DNA of 56,978 bases, filler included, from Bipalium vagum (taxonomy: Eukaryota), in assembly GCA_037834085.1 (NCBI GenBank). It is 3 parts of 3 records of this genome, joined end to end, with 100 filler letters (N's around TTAATTAATTAA, not from the genome) between each part and the next. Parts side by side here need not be neighbours in the genome. Positions count along the whole stretch, not along the records: positions 19,982 to 40,815 come from JBBMKC010245682.1; positions 40,916 to 56,978 come from JBBMKC010129002.1; 1 more part is not named here. One strand, given 5' to 3'. Shown piece by piece: positions 40,138 through 53,700 of this stretch; the first letter of the stretch is position 1, and each line of letters opens with the position of its first letter. The position numbers and the translations under genes are program-made. The notes under the pieces were generated by a model. That model was not told the origin of the DNA. It saw nothing but the letters and a program-made list of their open reading frames with translations, and did no database searches.

Positions 40138-40815
40138 GTTTAGAGGCTTACCTTTCATTCCTTTTCATGATGTAATGATTGACGCAATGACATAATCTGG
40201 ACTGAATTTCTATTCAACTGTTTATTCATCTGACATAGGTTTTCCTTATAGGCTTTTTTTATACATCGTCAGAAATTGGTTCCTGACTCAGATGCAATTT
40301 ATAAATTGTCCCTCTACTTATGTATGTGGATTGTGGTAGTAGAATTTTTTTCTTGTCTGAGTTCTCAATACTTTATACTGTTGTAAATAAAACTTGTTCT
40401 CAACATTATTGAGTTCACAATGATGTCTTCTATTATCATTTTATAACTAAGTAATTTTGGCTTACATTTTGATTATTATATATGCATCTTAAATTAGGTC
40501 ATGTGAAAAGTTCAGATCGATTTTAGAAAAAAATTTAAAATATTAAAATTATAAATTTATAAAATGAAAGGTCCTCAGATAAACTAATGAAAACCACATC
40601 AAAAATTTTTTTAATACCTTTGACTAAATTCACTTCGTTTTTGACCCATTTGTTTTATTTATTACAAAACTACCAGTTTCCCTCATTAACATGAAAAGTA
40701 AATTTTTATTAAAAGAATAGAATAATCGGATTGATAGTTAGTCAAAGAACATTTTGAAGTGATCATTTAACCAGGTTTTCAGTTCACAAGTTCCAGTTGA
40801 AAATGAAATAATAAT

Positions 40816-40915
40816 NNNNNNNNNNNNNNNNNNNNNNNNNNNNNNNNNNNNNNNNNNNNTTAATTAATTAANNNNNNNNNNNNNNNNNNNNNNNNNNNNN
40901 NNNNNNNNNNNNNNN
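40816..40915. other. Artificial contig linker (N44-TTAATTAATTAA-N44)
   Basis: Same 100-nt structure as 19882-19981. Confidence 0.95.
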
Positions 40916-41879
40916 TGACTGATGAAGAACTGAAAAATAAAAGTTCAAAACATGTTTCATGAAAATATATATTTGAATAAATTTTGTATTCATTTAATAA
41001 AAGGCGTATATTCAAAAAATAAATTTATATTGTTCACAAGATTAAAATTAAAAAAAAAAAAAAATAAAAACAATAAATTACTTTTTAACAAGTTATGGTA
41101 AATATATTATTAATTTTCAACTTCATCAAGCCTGTTATTAATAGAAATTAGAGAATGAAACAGTTTTTTAAATTAAAATAGTTAATTTATGCAAATTTAA
41201 ATATATCACTTTTCCTATAAATTATCAGAGTTTTTTTAATTCTGTAATTTTTCCTTTATTGAATATTTAATACTTTATAAGGCTTATAAGATATCTCTAT
41301 TCAGTTATTTTCTTAGAATTTATATTCAAATTTTAATTAATTAAAAATAAAATTCATTTATTTTTATCATTACAGTATTAGTAAATTAGAAAATGAGTAT
41401 TAACAAAGAATTATTTAAATTTCTGAAAGAATTAGGATTTAAACTTAGAAAATTTCAATTTGAGAAAGATGAATTCAGAATATATTTTAAATTATTTTTT
41501 AAGATAAATTTATAAAATATAAAAAGATTAAATAATAAAAGGCATAGAATTATCGGTGTGAAAATTAAATAAAGGTAATTTAAGAAGAATTATTTTATAA
41601 ATTATTATGAAAAAAAAATAAAATAGCAAGTTAAGGTTAATTCGAATTCATCAAATAGTATAGAACTTCAAATTATATTATATTCATTAAATATTAATTA
41701 TTATTACACAATATCCAATTATTAAAACACATGTTATAAAATACAATCGATTTTGATAATTATAAAATTATCCAACAATTTATAATATCAATAAAATAAT
41801 ATTAGATAAAATTTCAATACAACAATTTGTTTGAATAATGGCTTAACATTTCAGCGATACTTAAAAATATGAAATGATT

Positions 41880-42135
41880 CTACCTAAATTATCGGAAACA
41901 GAAAAATTTTACAAAATAAATCTCGTAACTTTTTTCATCTCACGCTATAAAAATCAATCGTTTTTGGACTGTTTAGTCACAATCGATGAAAAGTGCTTTC
42001 TGTTCAATAACGTACGACAGAAAAGGACCTGAAAAAGTAGAAAAAAGCCCAGAAACAGTTACAAAGGGGTTGCTGAGTATTTGCTGAACTGCAAAGGCAT
42101 TATTTATTATGAACTTCTCTCACGCGGTGAAAGAA
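41880..42135 (+). mobile_element. Mariner fragment
   Basis: LSETEKFYKINLVTFFISRYKNQSFLDCLVTIDEKCFLFNNVRQKRT (ITGDEKW region). Confidence 0.8.
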
Positions 42136-42789
42136 TATTATTAATTTCTTTTGTTGTTTAAATTATACCAACTTAATTATTCTCATATAAGACTTCTGAA
42201 TAACTTTCTTTGTATTTTTATTGGTTTTGTGAAAATTTTAAATTAAACGAGAAAAAGTTTTTAATGTCGTAAGATGTGAAACTTAATTAAGATATCTTAT
42301 GAAAATAAATTTAGATTGAAAAAGAACATAAATTGAAAAATTCTGTATTAGATAATAATTATGCTGATTATAACATAATAATAATTACATAACATGCCTT
42401 GAGTTCTAGAAAAATAATTTACTTTTGTTTTTTGGGGTACCACCAAGAAAGGATAAAGCTCCTCATTAGCTATATTCTAACTATATGACACCAGTTTCAT
42501 TGATTGACCTATCTAACTCAATTTAAGTTTCAACTGTTTAGCCCATTTCCCAGAAGAGTTTTCAGAGTACACTAAATGATCCTCTTTAGAAAGTAAAAGA
42601 TTTCAATGAAAAAATTCGAACGAAATTGAAATTAAGTCATCCTTTTTACATTTTACTTCGTTAATCTATCTTTCAAACTAATCTTATTTATAAAATAATC
42701 AACCACTAATTGACATTTTATTGGGATATCTATTTCAAAGGGAAGTTTGGGAAAGATAATGATTTTTTATAGATAAATCTCTATATAAG

Positions 42790-43080
42790 TAATAAAGTCA
42801 GGATTAACCTTAAGAAAGGTATTGTTGTTTGGTCGGTATAACTGAAATGATATCATTTAACAAGAGGTTCTGGATACTGGTCAAATCAATCATTACGTAT
42901 TCTGCGTTCAGCAGTTGAGAAAATCGAACATGAAAATAAGAAAATTGTTAAGTGTTAAACTAAAAAGATGTAGAAGTCAGTCAACATAACACTAGACCAA
43001 TAATATATTTGGTGAATATATAACAATTGTACAAACCTAGGTAGGAGATTTAAATACATTCTTCATTTTTAGTTTAAGCT
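42790..43080 (+). mobile_element. Mariner fragment
   Basis: KSGLTLRKVLLFG...EVLDTGQ...FCVQQL. Confidence 0.6.
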
Positions 43081-43105
43081 GGCGGACGAAAAAAAAATTT
43101 TTTAT

Positions 43106-43985
43106 TTAAAAAAACGGCGAGAAATTTTGGTCACTATATTTTTTAATCAATGTCGGTATAATGTCAATATCCACAAAAGATGATTTATACGGTCTAGGAG
43201 TTTCTGCTAAATCAACATTTCCGACTTTGAATGTGGAAAACCATTCCTGAAATTTTCTGACATTATTACCATACGTATAGATTTGGTTGATTAATCTTTT
43301 TGCTTCTGATGCTATTTGATATTTAAACAATTTCTTGATTCACACTGAAATATTAAGAATATGAATTTTATATCTTTGCTTTTTCCTTTGGAAAACATTT
43401 GAATTTTTTTCAAGTAAAAAAACAATAAATGATAAGCGTTACTTTTCAATGTATATATATTAATATAAATCTTGTGTGGTACCCATCTTCCTACTTTGTA
43501 TACCTTTCCCATGGCATTCAGAAGTCTGGTAATTGAAGAATGAGAAGCATTTAATGATTTAGCAAGATCAGTTTGAGTTTGGCAGGGATCTTTAGCCACT
43601 AATACTAACAGATCTTGATCTTCAAACACTTTCGTTTTTCCTGGACTCTCTTTATATTCCACCGTAAAATATCTTTTGAATGCGGCTTTTGATAGAGCAT
43701 TGTTCCCGTAAGCCCCAACAAGGATTCTAAGTTTTTTATGTAGATTTTTTTAATAGCAAAATGAAATGACATCACTTCCAGGAAATGATGCTTATTTGGT
43801 ATCTAAGAAGCTATCTAAAAAAGAATAACAAAGATATAGTTAAATATATCAAAATATATTTTACAGATTATTTTTGAGAAATGCATAAACAATATATATT
43901 TAAATAGTTTATTTGAACAAATGAATAATTTTCCTTTATTACAGGTATTTAAAAAAGGTTCACTTTCAATGCATATACCCAATAT
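43106..43985 (-). mobile_element. Two adjacent mariner 5' fragments
   Basis: Both fragments are visible in the ORF track: QEWFSTFKVGNVDLAETPR and LNAMGKVYKVGRWVPHKI. TIR-like end AAAGGTTCACTTTCAATGCATATACCCAATA at about 43955-43984. Confidence 0.8.
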
Positions 43986-44947
43986 ATTTACAATAGACCT
44001 TATTTTTCAACAGAAATTTGCATCATAAACCACATTTAGTATTTCTCTTCTCTTACGATAGTAATTTAATTATATTATTTTGTTCATTATTTTATATTTA
44101 GTTTTGCTAATCAGCTATTCATATGAATTTATCTTTAATTATACGTAATTATTCAAAGAGAACTGAAACAGGTTTACAAAATGAAAGAAATTACATTAAA
44201 ACATGTATTTTGTTAAATACAAATAAAAACAACGTTTCAGAAAACAAGTAGTAGAGTATCACAAAGTTTACAATCTCTTCAAATGTAAAGGAATGGATTA
44301 CATTAAAAAAATCATTGTAAAAGATAAAAGAAAAAAGTAAATGTTAATATATTTCTTTTAAAGAATATTTTAAAATTATTAAAAATAATTATTTATTTGA
44401 AATTATTTATTTAAGTGAAACGATAAAATATGAAAATACAAAAAAAATGTAAACAAGAAGTTGTATATCAAATATTTTCATCTCCTTATTTTTTAATAAA
44501 ATACTGTATATTCTTATTTATCAATGCCACACTTTTAATTAGAGAAAATCGAAGAGAAAAATAATAATAGTATTACGAATGGCAGAATACTGAAGGAAAA
44601 AATGAATATAATTTTTAAAACAAGAAGATTTTCTTATTTTAAGTGCAATCATTGGTTGTAAAAGGGGTCAGTTCAAAATTATGAAAATAAATTATAAAAG
44701 CTTAACTTATAAGTCAAAACCAAATGATTATTAAAACAAAGATAATCTTAGTAAAAAGATTTTTAAATTAAAGGAAAAAAAGATCATCTGTGAATAAAAA
44801 TTGAATACAAAGAATGGAACTATCAAAAGATAATCTTAAGAATAAATTCTAACATCGATTTCAGATGAGCAAAATAAGTCGGAAAAAAAATCAGACGTTC
44901 AAGAATGTTTATATAACATGAAATTATATGTAAGATATGAAATTTCT

Positions 44948-46082
44948 TAGTAAAGTTAAAAAGTACTTAGACTTTACCACAAATATTGAAGATAGTTCAA
45001 TAAAAGTTTGCACGTAAAATAATAATTGTATTTTAGTATAAAATATACGATTTGTTTAAATATTCAATTTTGGTTTGCACTAGATTAAATTAATTTAAAA
45101 AATGTTCGAAAATGTTGAATTTTGCACTGTAATCCGTTTTTGCTCTCTTAGAGATCTGGAAAGAAGAAATTTAGTAATCAACTTCAAGAGGTATAAAGAA
45201 AAGAATAACTTATATAATTTATAACTGGATCTGAAAATTTTCATGTGGTCGAACAGTATTTTTGATCAGACCAAAAGTGAAAGACGTATCAAAATTAGTG
45301 AAGAAATGATTAAAAATTAAAAAATATTGTGATAAATGAAAGGAAATTTACTCAATCTCAAATATTTGAGAGGCTAAGTGTATGCAAAAGTACCACCAAA
45401 CTGCTTCTAAAACAAATGAGAATCCGAATGTTATGTAGTGGGTTTTTGTTCACATTTTTTAACAGCTAAATCTTTGTCTATTGGAGGCAGTCGATAAAAT
45501 CTTTTTCGAATATAATAATTACTGACTAAGTGTTACTGAGTCTATACCTTTCTTACTTTAAAAGAGAGTCAAAGAAATGGGTTTTTTGAAAATGAGAAGC
45601 CATTCAAGGTATAGAGTCTCGGAATGTCGCATCATAAATGTATCTTGCCTAACGTGCTTTGGGACAGGAATAACATCTCAAATCTATATTTTCCTCTAGA
45701 AATCTTAAATTTGGGTTATTACAGTAATTTCATCTAGACCAGCCAAGAGCCTTTATCCATACGTTCTTATGAATACAACCAAGAAGACAGACACATTAAC
45801 AAAAGCTAGATTTGTGCATTCATAAAGTCCACATTTTGCATCAAGTGATTTTAGGTTGTTCAATCATCTGAAAAAAATATGCGAGAACATAAATTTTTTT
45901 CAAAGAATGATAAGAAGAATAGTGTAACAAGATTCCTCATGGCTTCAAGGGAATGGCTGATCAGAAAAAACTTACTTTATAAACAGCGGTTATGTTCAGA
46001 AATGAGATCTATAAATGTTTGTATACTTAAAAATTGTTATGAGTTATTTCTGAGAGTCTATGTACTTTTTAACCTTACCACA
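44948..46082 (+). mobile_element. Degraded mariner
   Basis: TIRs TAAAGTTAAAAAGTACTTAGACT / AGTCTATGTACTTTTAACCTTA; SPHFASSDFRLFNHLKKNMREHKF. Confidence 0.8.
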
Positions 46083-46765
46083 TCTTAGAAATAAATTACT
46101 AAACGTTTTCAAATTGATATAATAACAAAGACTAAAATGATTATGTTTGGGATATTGATCGATGTTTACGGTGAAGAAATCGAATTAAAACATAGCCAAG
46201 TAGTGAATCTAGAATTTTATATTCATTAAAAATTAAACGCGCAGACCCAATATATACCTTTATTCTGTAATAAAAGACAATGAGCAGTTATTTAATCCAT
46301 CTTTTATGAAATTTTAATTTTTAATATTGCAAAGCGTTTTAATTAATTAATTTTATTTTTTTAATTGCACATAATTTATTTCCTTAAATATAAAAAAATT
46401 AATTACCAAAATGAAATGATAAAAATCAACAAATAGGAACAGTGAAAATTCAATGTAAAAGAATTAAACAAATATCGTTGCCACTCATATACATATGTGA
46501 GAACAGTAATAATAAATTTATAAATAATAATAAATTTAAATAATAATAAATTTATATAATAATAATAATAATTTATATAATAATAAATTTATATATATTT
46601 TTTAATAATAATTAATAAGTTACTTTTATTTAACTAAATAAATGAAAGAGAAGATAATTAAGCCATGATATAATTGTTTTGAATATTATTTTTATAGAAA
46701 AATAAACCAAGAAAAAATTAAGTAGGGTGAAACTAATAATGATATTTCTTGTCTTTAACATTATA

Positions 46766-47284
46766 CAGGGTGTTCGAGATAAATTTGACATAATAAAAAG
46801 GGGATTTTTTAAATATTTGTTATAGGTGTTTACATAACTTATGGTTCCTGTACAAGTTTAATTCGTTTTTTAATTCAGATTCGTAAGTCTGTTAGTGTGG
46901 ATTTAAGAAAATCTTTTTATTGAAATTTTTTCGCATTAGTAATACTTTTCGTGTATTATATATTTAGAACTTCGACATTGGGATATTTTCTTTTTCAATT
47001 GAATATATTTGTATCATTTTAACATATATTTTTGGCAACTCACAAACTTTGGTATTGCCTTAGCCAAGTCTTTCAAAGCTTTTAGCTTTCCTCAGACACG
47101 AAGTGATTCTAAAACTGTTGTTTCTCTGCCATATTCTGAGCCTATGACTAATATTAAACCATTCAAAATTGATTAATCTATTTTATTGATAATTAGCTTG
47201 GTGATTAATAATTATGGTGATAATTACAATAATCTTATTTTAATATAACTTTGAAAATGTTCCGGATTTATCTCGACAACAATG
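46766..47284 (-). mobile_element. Non-autonomous Tc1/maT-like element
   Basis: TA-flanked TIRs CAGGGTGTTCGAGATAAAT / ATTTATCTCGACAACAATG; internal RETTVLESLRV, related to the element at 52363. Confidence 0.7.
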
Positions 47285-47887
47285 TATATCATTATCGATT
47301 ATTATTACTGAATATATTGAATTTTTAAATTTTAAATTAAAATAATAATTAAAATCAATCACATCGAATGAAAATTGATTTAATCATTTAGTATTATTTA
47401 AAACAGATAATTATCTTTTATATCTGAAGAAATCAGCTTATTTTTCATAATTAAAACTTTGTAAATGGCTTATTAGGCTTTTTATGAGTACATAAACAGT
47501 ATTAGAGGCACTGAGATGTTTCGATTTTTAAGCAATTATTTATCTATAAATAATAATTTTATACACGAAAATAATCCCATTTTTTCCTGTTTAAACTTCC
47601 AAATTTTGATAATTATATCAATAGCTCAAGTTATTATTTATATTATTAAACAATGCTTGAGCAAAAATAAATAAAATCACTTGAGCTATACTTTTAACAT
47701 ATTAATATAATATTCTTTTCTTTAGGAAAAGAAATAAGTGAGATTTATTATTAATACGTGACATTATATAATGGAGAGACAATTCCTTTTGATTAAATAT
47801 TTAGCTTAAAATAAAAAAATAGTTTCAAAGTTTATATTTTTTTCAAAAAATATAGAATACAAATTACGGAACATCCCAACATAAATA

Positions 47888-48130
47888 TTAGGTGTACAAG
47901 TTGAAAATGACGATTTTTTAAGATTGAAAAAAACGGTTTTTTAACAAAACAAAAATTTTATTTTATTCAAAATAATAATAATGATAATTTTTATCGCTAT
48001 CCACAACTTTGGTCCATTTATGTGGTAGTTTGTGAAAACAATCAAAAACCGTTCTTGTTTAAATACGATCCACTCATCAATCAAATTTTTGATATTCCTG
48101 AAGTTTGGGGAGTGCCGTTCCGAGAGACAA
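47888..48130 (-). mobile_element. Mariner 3' end (Mos1-like TIR)
   Basis: TA-TTAGGTGTACAAGTTGAAAATGACGATT; transposase C-terminus on the minus strand (NIKNLIDEWIVFK...HKWTKVVDSD). Confidence 0.8.
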
Positions 48131-48389
48131 TGTGTTATTTTGTTAACTTCTAAAAGTGTAACTCTTAAGTCATTCTGCGTTTTTCTTTCTGTTCTGAAAT
48201 CTTTGAAATATTAAACTAAATAATGTATCATTAAATAATGTATCAAAGATTTTTTGTACTATCAACATTGATAATTATTTTATTATTATTGCTCATTATT
48301 CAGTTAACTCCTTGATTAGGATGGGGCACTTTTTATTAAATTTCCTATTAATTTTCCGTGTGAAAACAGAGAATCGTTATGAATTATAA

Positions 48390-49090
48390 TTATTCTCTAA
48401 AACAATCAATACCGTAAGATAAGTAAGTATCATTATTTTCTTTCATTCTTAATAATACATTTCGACAAATTTCTCCGCTTAATTCCTTCATACTTAAAAA
48501 CAGAGAGGAAAAATAAAAGAAAGAGAATATCAAACATCCCGCAAAGGTATCAATAATGTTATAATTAATGTACTGTAGAGCAAAGTTAAAATTCAATAAA
48601 TAAATAAGTAAAAGGAAAAAAGAATTAATGAAACATTAATTATTCAACAAATTTATTATTTTTTGAAATAATTATTGGAAGAGGCTCAGAGCACAAAGGT
48701 GAAAAATTGATTTTTAAAAAAATTGAAAAATGATTATTACACAGAGTTTCTCTCTTTTCTGCATTATCGATGGTCGGAACTAATGATGGCATTTCTGAAC
48801 GATCTTTGATACCTTTAATAAAGCTGGGAATAATAGTTGAAATTCATTCCAAAGTGAAAGGGAAAAGAATTGATTTCGCTGAGAATTTCGCTTAAGATTT
48901 CAGATTATTTTCTTTGCTCAATAGAACTGTATGGGAATATATCATAATTCCCGAATTACATTACAATCCTCCACCAATTAGATTTTTCGACCGTTTTCGG
49001 CAGAAATGAAAATTTCTAATTATTTTTGATGTAACAGAAGGCTTTTTTCAATTACCCATTTTTATTGATAGAAATTGAGAATTTTATTTC
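48390..49090 (-). pseudogene. Unidentified degraded coding fragment
   Basis: Minus-strand blocks ISTIIPSFIKGIKDRSEMPSLVPTIDNAEKRETL (then GT) and SLFLSMKELSGEICRNVLLRMKENNDTYLSYGIDCFRE*; in-frame stops upstream. Confidence 0.3.
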
Positions 49091-49380
49091 GAATCATTTT
49101 TATCTATACCAGATTAGTACGGAATAAAATGAACAATGCTTTATTATTGTTATTATTATTAAAATTTAAACTGTTCTTATTATAATGATAATTCCTCTTC
49201 TTCGTTTTATTATTATTAATAATAAAAAATATTATCTTTATTATTATTATAATTATTATTAAAAAATTATTAAAATTAAAGATAAAATTATTATTATTCT
49301 TATAAATAATTTTATTGTTAATATTGTTAATATTGTTAATATTATTAATATTATTAAAATTATTAAAATTATTAAAATTA

Positions 49381-50136
49381 CATGGTAAGGCTAAAAAGTA
49401 TATGAAATATATGTTTTGTTTAAATATTCTAATTTCTTTTTCCACTAGATTTGATAACTTCAAAAAATGTTTGAAAATATAGAATTCCGAAGTATGATCC
49501 GGTTTTTACTACTGAAGGGATATAACAAGCAGAAAATTATTAATGACCTGAAATGGGTTTATGGTGAAGAAGCCCAATGTGAGGTAACCATCTAAAATTG
49601 GATCCGCGATTTTTTCATATGTCGTACAAATGTTTATGAACCATCCAAAGGTGGAAGGCCTACCGAAATTGATGAAGAAATTATTACAAAATTGAAAGAA
49701 ATTGTAAAAAAAGAACGAATAATTACTCAAGCTTAGCTTTCTGAGAAGCTAAATGTATGCAAAAGAACCACTCAGTCTAGATCAAACTGGAGTCAAACAG
49801 CTATATAGCCGGTTCGTGTCGAGATTTCTAACATTCAAGATGATGGCTAGATGAAAAATATCGTGTGAAAGGAATGTTCATCTTCTGGATATTGTTGGAC
49901 CAGTTTTTTCAACCATTTGAAGAAACATATGCGAGGACAAAAATTTGTTTCAAAGGATGATATGAAAGATCATATGACGAAATTCCTCGGGGAGAAGGAT
50001 CAAAATTTCTTTGAAATGGGCTTTAATAGAATGGTCGACCGGTGGATTATGTCGAGAAATGAGACCTTTAATAAAATTGTATTCAGTTATCTTCATTATT
50101 TCTAGTAGAGTCTAAGTACTTTTTAGACTTATCATG
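49381..50136 (+). mobile_element. Internally deleted mariner (same TIR family as 44948)
   Basis: TIRs CATGGTAAGGCTAAAAAGTA / TACTTTTTAGACTTATCATG with TA flanks; MFENIEFRSMIRFLLLKG and FNHLKKHMRGQKF. Confidence 0.85.
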
Positions 50137-50796
50137 TATTAAAAGTATTACCTCTTTATTTTTTTAAGGTTAGTCTTCCAATATTATAAGTTTTGGATTT
50201 TAAATGAGACTACTTAATTTCTTTTGAGAGATCTTTAATATTGTTAGAGTATTCATAATCCATACACCTTTCCTTCAATAATGTAAAAGACAAAAATTAA
50301 AACAAAATAATGGAATTAAAATTAACTCTGTCGTAGAAGTAACACTGCTTTAATAAAGTTTATTTATTTATTTAAAAAAAACAAGAGTGAATTAATTATC
50401 AGAATGAAATATTATTTTATTTTCAGTTTCCTTTAAAATGGAGAATACTTCATTGATGAAAATATTGTAGGGAAAATATTAAAACTTTTCCTAAAGTGAA
50501 AAATACAAAAAATTCATAATGAATTTGACTCTTCAAAAAATCTGATCAATATTCTACAAAATAATTTTGTGCAAAATAATCTTTTATAATAATAAAAATT
50601 TAACCAAATGACACCGGGAAAATTGATTTCTGTCTCTCCTGAGTATAAGGCTTAATTCAGAAATAAAACCATCCTTTGGGATCTGCAGTGAAATCAACGT
50701 TTTAAAATTGTTCTTTATTTCGACCTATTTTTGATACGGATCATTAACTTGTTAACAGCAAAATATTTATTTTGTGATAAAATGTTTTAGTTTCAG

Positions 50797-53700
50797 ATTT
50801 ATGTGGTATAGAAAACAATATGAACATTTTTAATAAGGATCAGCAAAATATCACAGCCATCAACGGCTCGGACACGGTTATGAAATGCAATATTTTAGTA
50901 AACCTGAATTTGTCAGTGAGATTTTATTATTATTTGATAATGACAAACTATTTTCAAAAATGGAAAATAATAGAAATTAATAATATTAATATTACTATTA
51001 CTAATAATAATGAAAATAATATTAATTAAAATAGTAAAAATAATAAAATAAATAATAATGAAAATAAAAAAAATTATTTGAAAAAATTATAATAATAATA
51101 GTAACATTGATTAAAATAGTAATTATAATAATGAAAATAGTAATATTAACAATAATAATAATAATAATAATAAATACTAATACTAATACTACTAATAATN
51201 NNNNNNNNNNNNNNNNNNNNNNNNNNNNNNNNNNNNNNNNNNNNNNNNNNNNNNNNNNNNNNNNNNNNNNNNNNNNNNNNNNNNNNNNNNNNNNNNNNNN
51301 NNNNNNNNNNNNNNNNNNNNNNNNNNNNNNNNNNNNNNNNNNNNNNNNNNNNNNNNNNNNNNNNNNNNNNGGAATTTTCTATTCAATATATTGACGCCTG
51401 AGCGAGATTTAAATGATTAAGATTTAATAGCTTCTCATTAAATAAATTTTAAATTATGTGAAAATAATTTTGTTTATGCTATTTACTAATGAGTAGGTTT
51501 TTTCTATAATCATTAAATTCATAATATTAAAAATGCTTTAATATCTCAATTTTGTAAATTAAAAATATTTCTGAGCAATTAAAATTATAATAATAATGAT
51601 AATAAAACTGAATAACTGTCATGAATTATTTTACATCCTTGAGAAGTGCAAGATATTTCTTATTTGTATGAATAATTAATAATAATATAATTATAATAAT
51701 TCTTAATTTTTTTTTCTTCATTATTTTTTATTTCACATTTATATTATTACTTTTTCCAGCAATATATGAATATTTCTTGGATCAAATCACCGAGACAAAT
51801 TTTGACGAGGGGTTTCTACCGAGTTACCGAAAATAAAAGATTTGATCCACAGTCTCCGGCGATTCTGAATACTCAAAGCTTTAATATTAAAATATCTCCC
51901 GTTTTGGAAGAAGATGAAGGCGAATACCGATGCAACTTCATTTATGGTCGAAAGATCTTTGCGAAATCAGTAACACTCATCGTTCACGGTATAGAAAATA
52001 AATATTTTACGATACTACTTTCAATTATGATTATAACATTACCGATGACATTCAGTTCCACCAAAAATCATCAAACATCCACCGGCTTTGGTGAAGGTTG
52101 ATGAAGGAAAAAGTTTCAAATTGACCTGTGCTGCTATAGGAAAGCCATCTCCTAAAGTTCTTTGGTATTTTCTTACTTACCCGGCGTCGGATATGAGATG
52201 GATGCCTATTGATAAAGCTTTCAGAAAGCACGATACAGGTCATTTTGAATTTATATTTTATTTTATCTTGATGAAATAAATATATTTTATTTTTATTTTA
52301 TAAATATTAAAACTGAAGCCAAATTCACAATCGGAAATATTTTAATATTTAAAATTTATAAACAGGGTATTTGAGATAAATCGCGAATATTTTCAAACTA
52401 ATATTGTATAAATATTTTTATAAAATCCATCTTACCTTCACTTGTTTAAGTAAGCTAATATATCAATAATATAAATAGATTAAAAATAATTGTGAAAGTT
52501 TTTAATGTCTTCGGAATTACAACAAAAGAACAACAATACTCGAATCGCTTTGCACCTGGGAAACACCCCAACAAATTATCAATTGGTTTGGCTACAGCAA
52601 GACAACAGTAAACATCTTCGCCAAAAGGTTTAAGGAAGATCACGACAAGGAAAATATAAATGCAAAAAGAAAAAACTACATCAAACATTCTGACTCAAAA
52701 AAGGAATGAAACTTATAATTAAATTATAATTTTTTTCGTCTCAGTATTTTACGGATGAGCAGTAAAAATCATTCTCAAGAATATTAACAGGTACAGGAAA
52801 AGAACAATGTACCATTAGAAAGCTGAACAAAATATCTACACAATTGTTAGTTTATAATTTTAATAACACCGAATCTCTGATCAGAGTCGACTGAGGATTG
52901 AAGTAGCAAGCTTTTGTGCAATTGATTGATCGATTTTCTTCAAATAATACTTTATTCTATTGATCAATGTTTTAAACACCTTAGCTATCCTGATAGACTA
53001 AATCTTGATAAGTTCGTTTCGCAAGTGAAGGCCTTTTTTAAAAATTTCGCACGAGAGCTCGTAGAATATGTGAAAGCAGCTTCTGAAGTTCTGATTGAAT
53101 GTTTGGTAATTTTTTATTCTGCTTATTTCATAAAAATGAAAAGATTAACTTTTTTAGCAATTTCTTTTCTCGTCGCCTACGAACTTTGGACCAACATACT
53201 CTAAAGAACATTTTTATCAAGCCTCCAGAACGTGGATTATCTTTCAACATATATTTCTTGCTCAAAAGCGAGCAAACCATAAGTGGACTTTCTGAAATTT
53301 ACTAAATCCAGTCCATAGAAAGCACAAAAATCTTTTAATTGCCAAAATTTCATTGTTGCCCTTTTGGAAGTCGTAAAGCATGTACAGCCTCTTATTAGTC
53401 TCACACACGCCCATTATATAACCCTCTATGTTGAATACAATAGGATCGGTTTGTGAAAAACTAATTTGTGAGAAATAATAAAATATAAAATATGATCACA
53501 AAAATCAAATCTGAAAGGTTGCCATAGAAGAAAAGGTAAGTAAAAATAGTTATAGGATGAATATTGATTTTAAAATAATCTACTAACATTCAAGCCTTGA
53601 TGACGACCAGTTTCAGAAATCAATTTGTTCGAGGGAAACCTTAAAATCGACAAATCGAATCAAGAAATGCGCGGAACGTACCGATGTGTTGCAATGAGTG

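Noticed and set aside
49104-49463. 119-aa Asn/Ile-rich ORF
   Set aside because: Translation of low-complexity AT repeats.
37385-50735. Non-standard genetic code (TGA read-through) suggested by TGAs in candidate exons near 37388, 37417 and 50731
   Set aside because: UBR1 has no internal TGA across 25 exons, uses TGG for Trp and ends in TGA.
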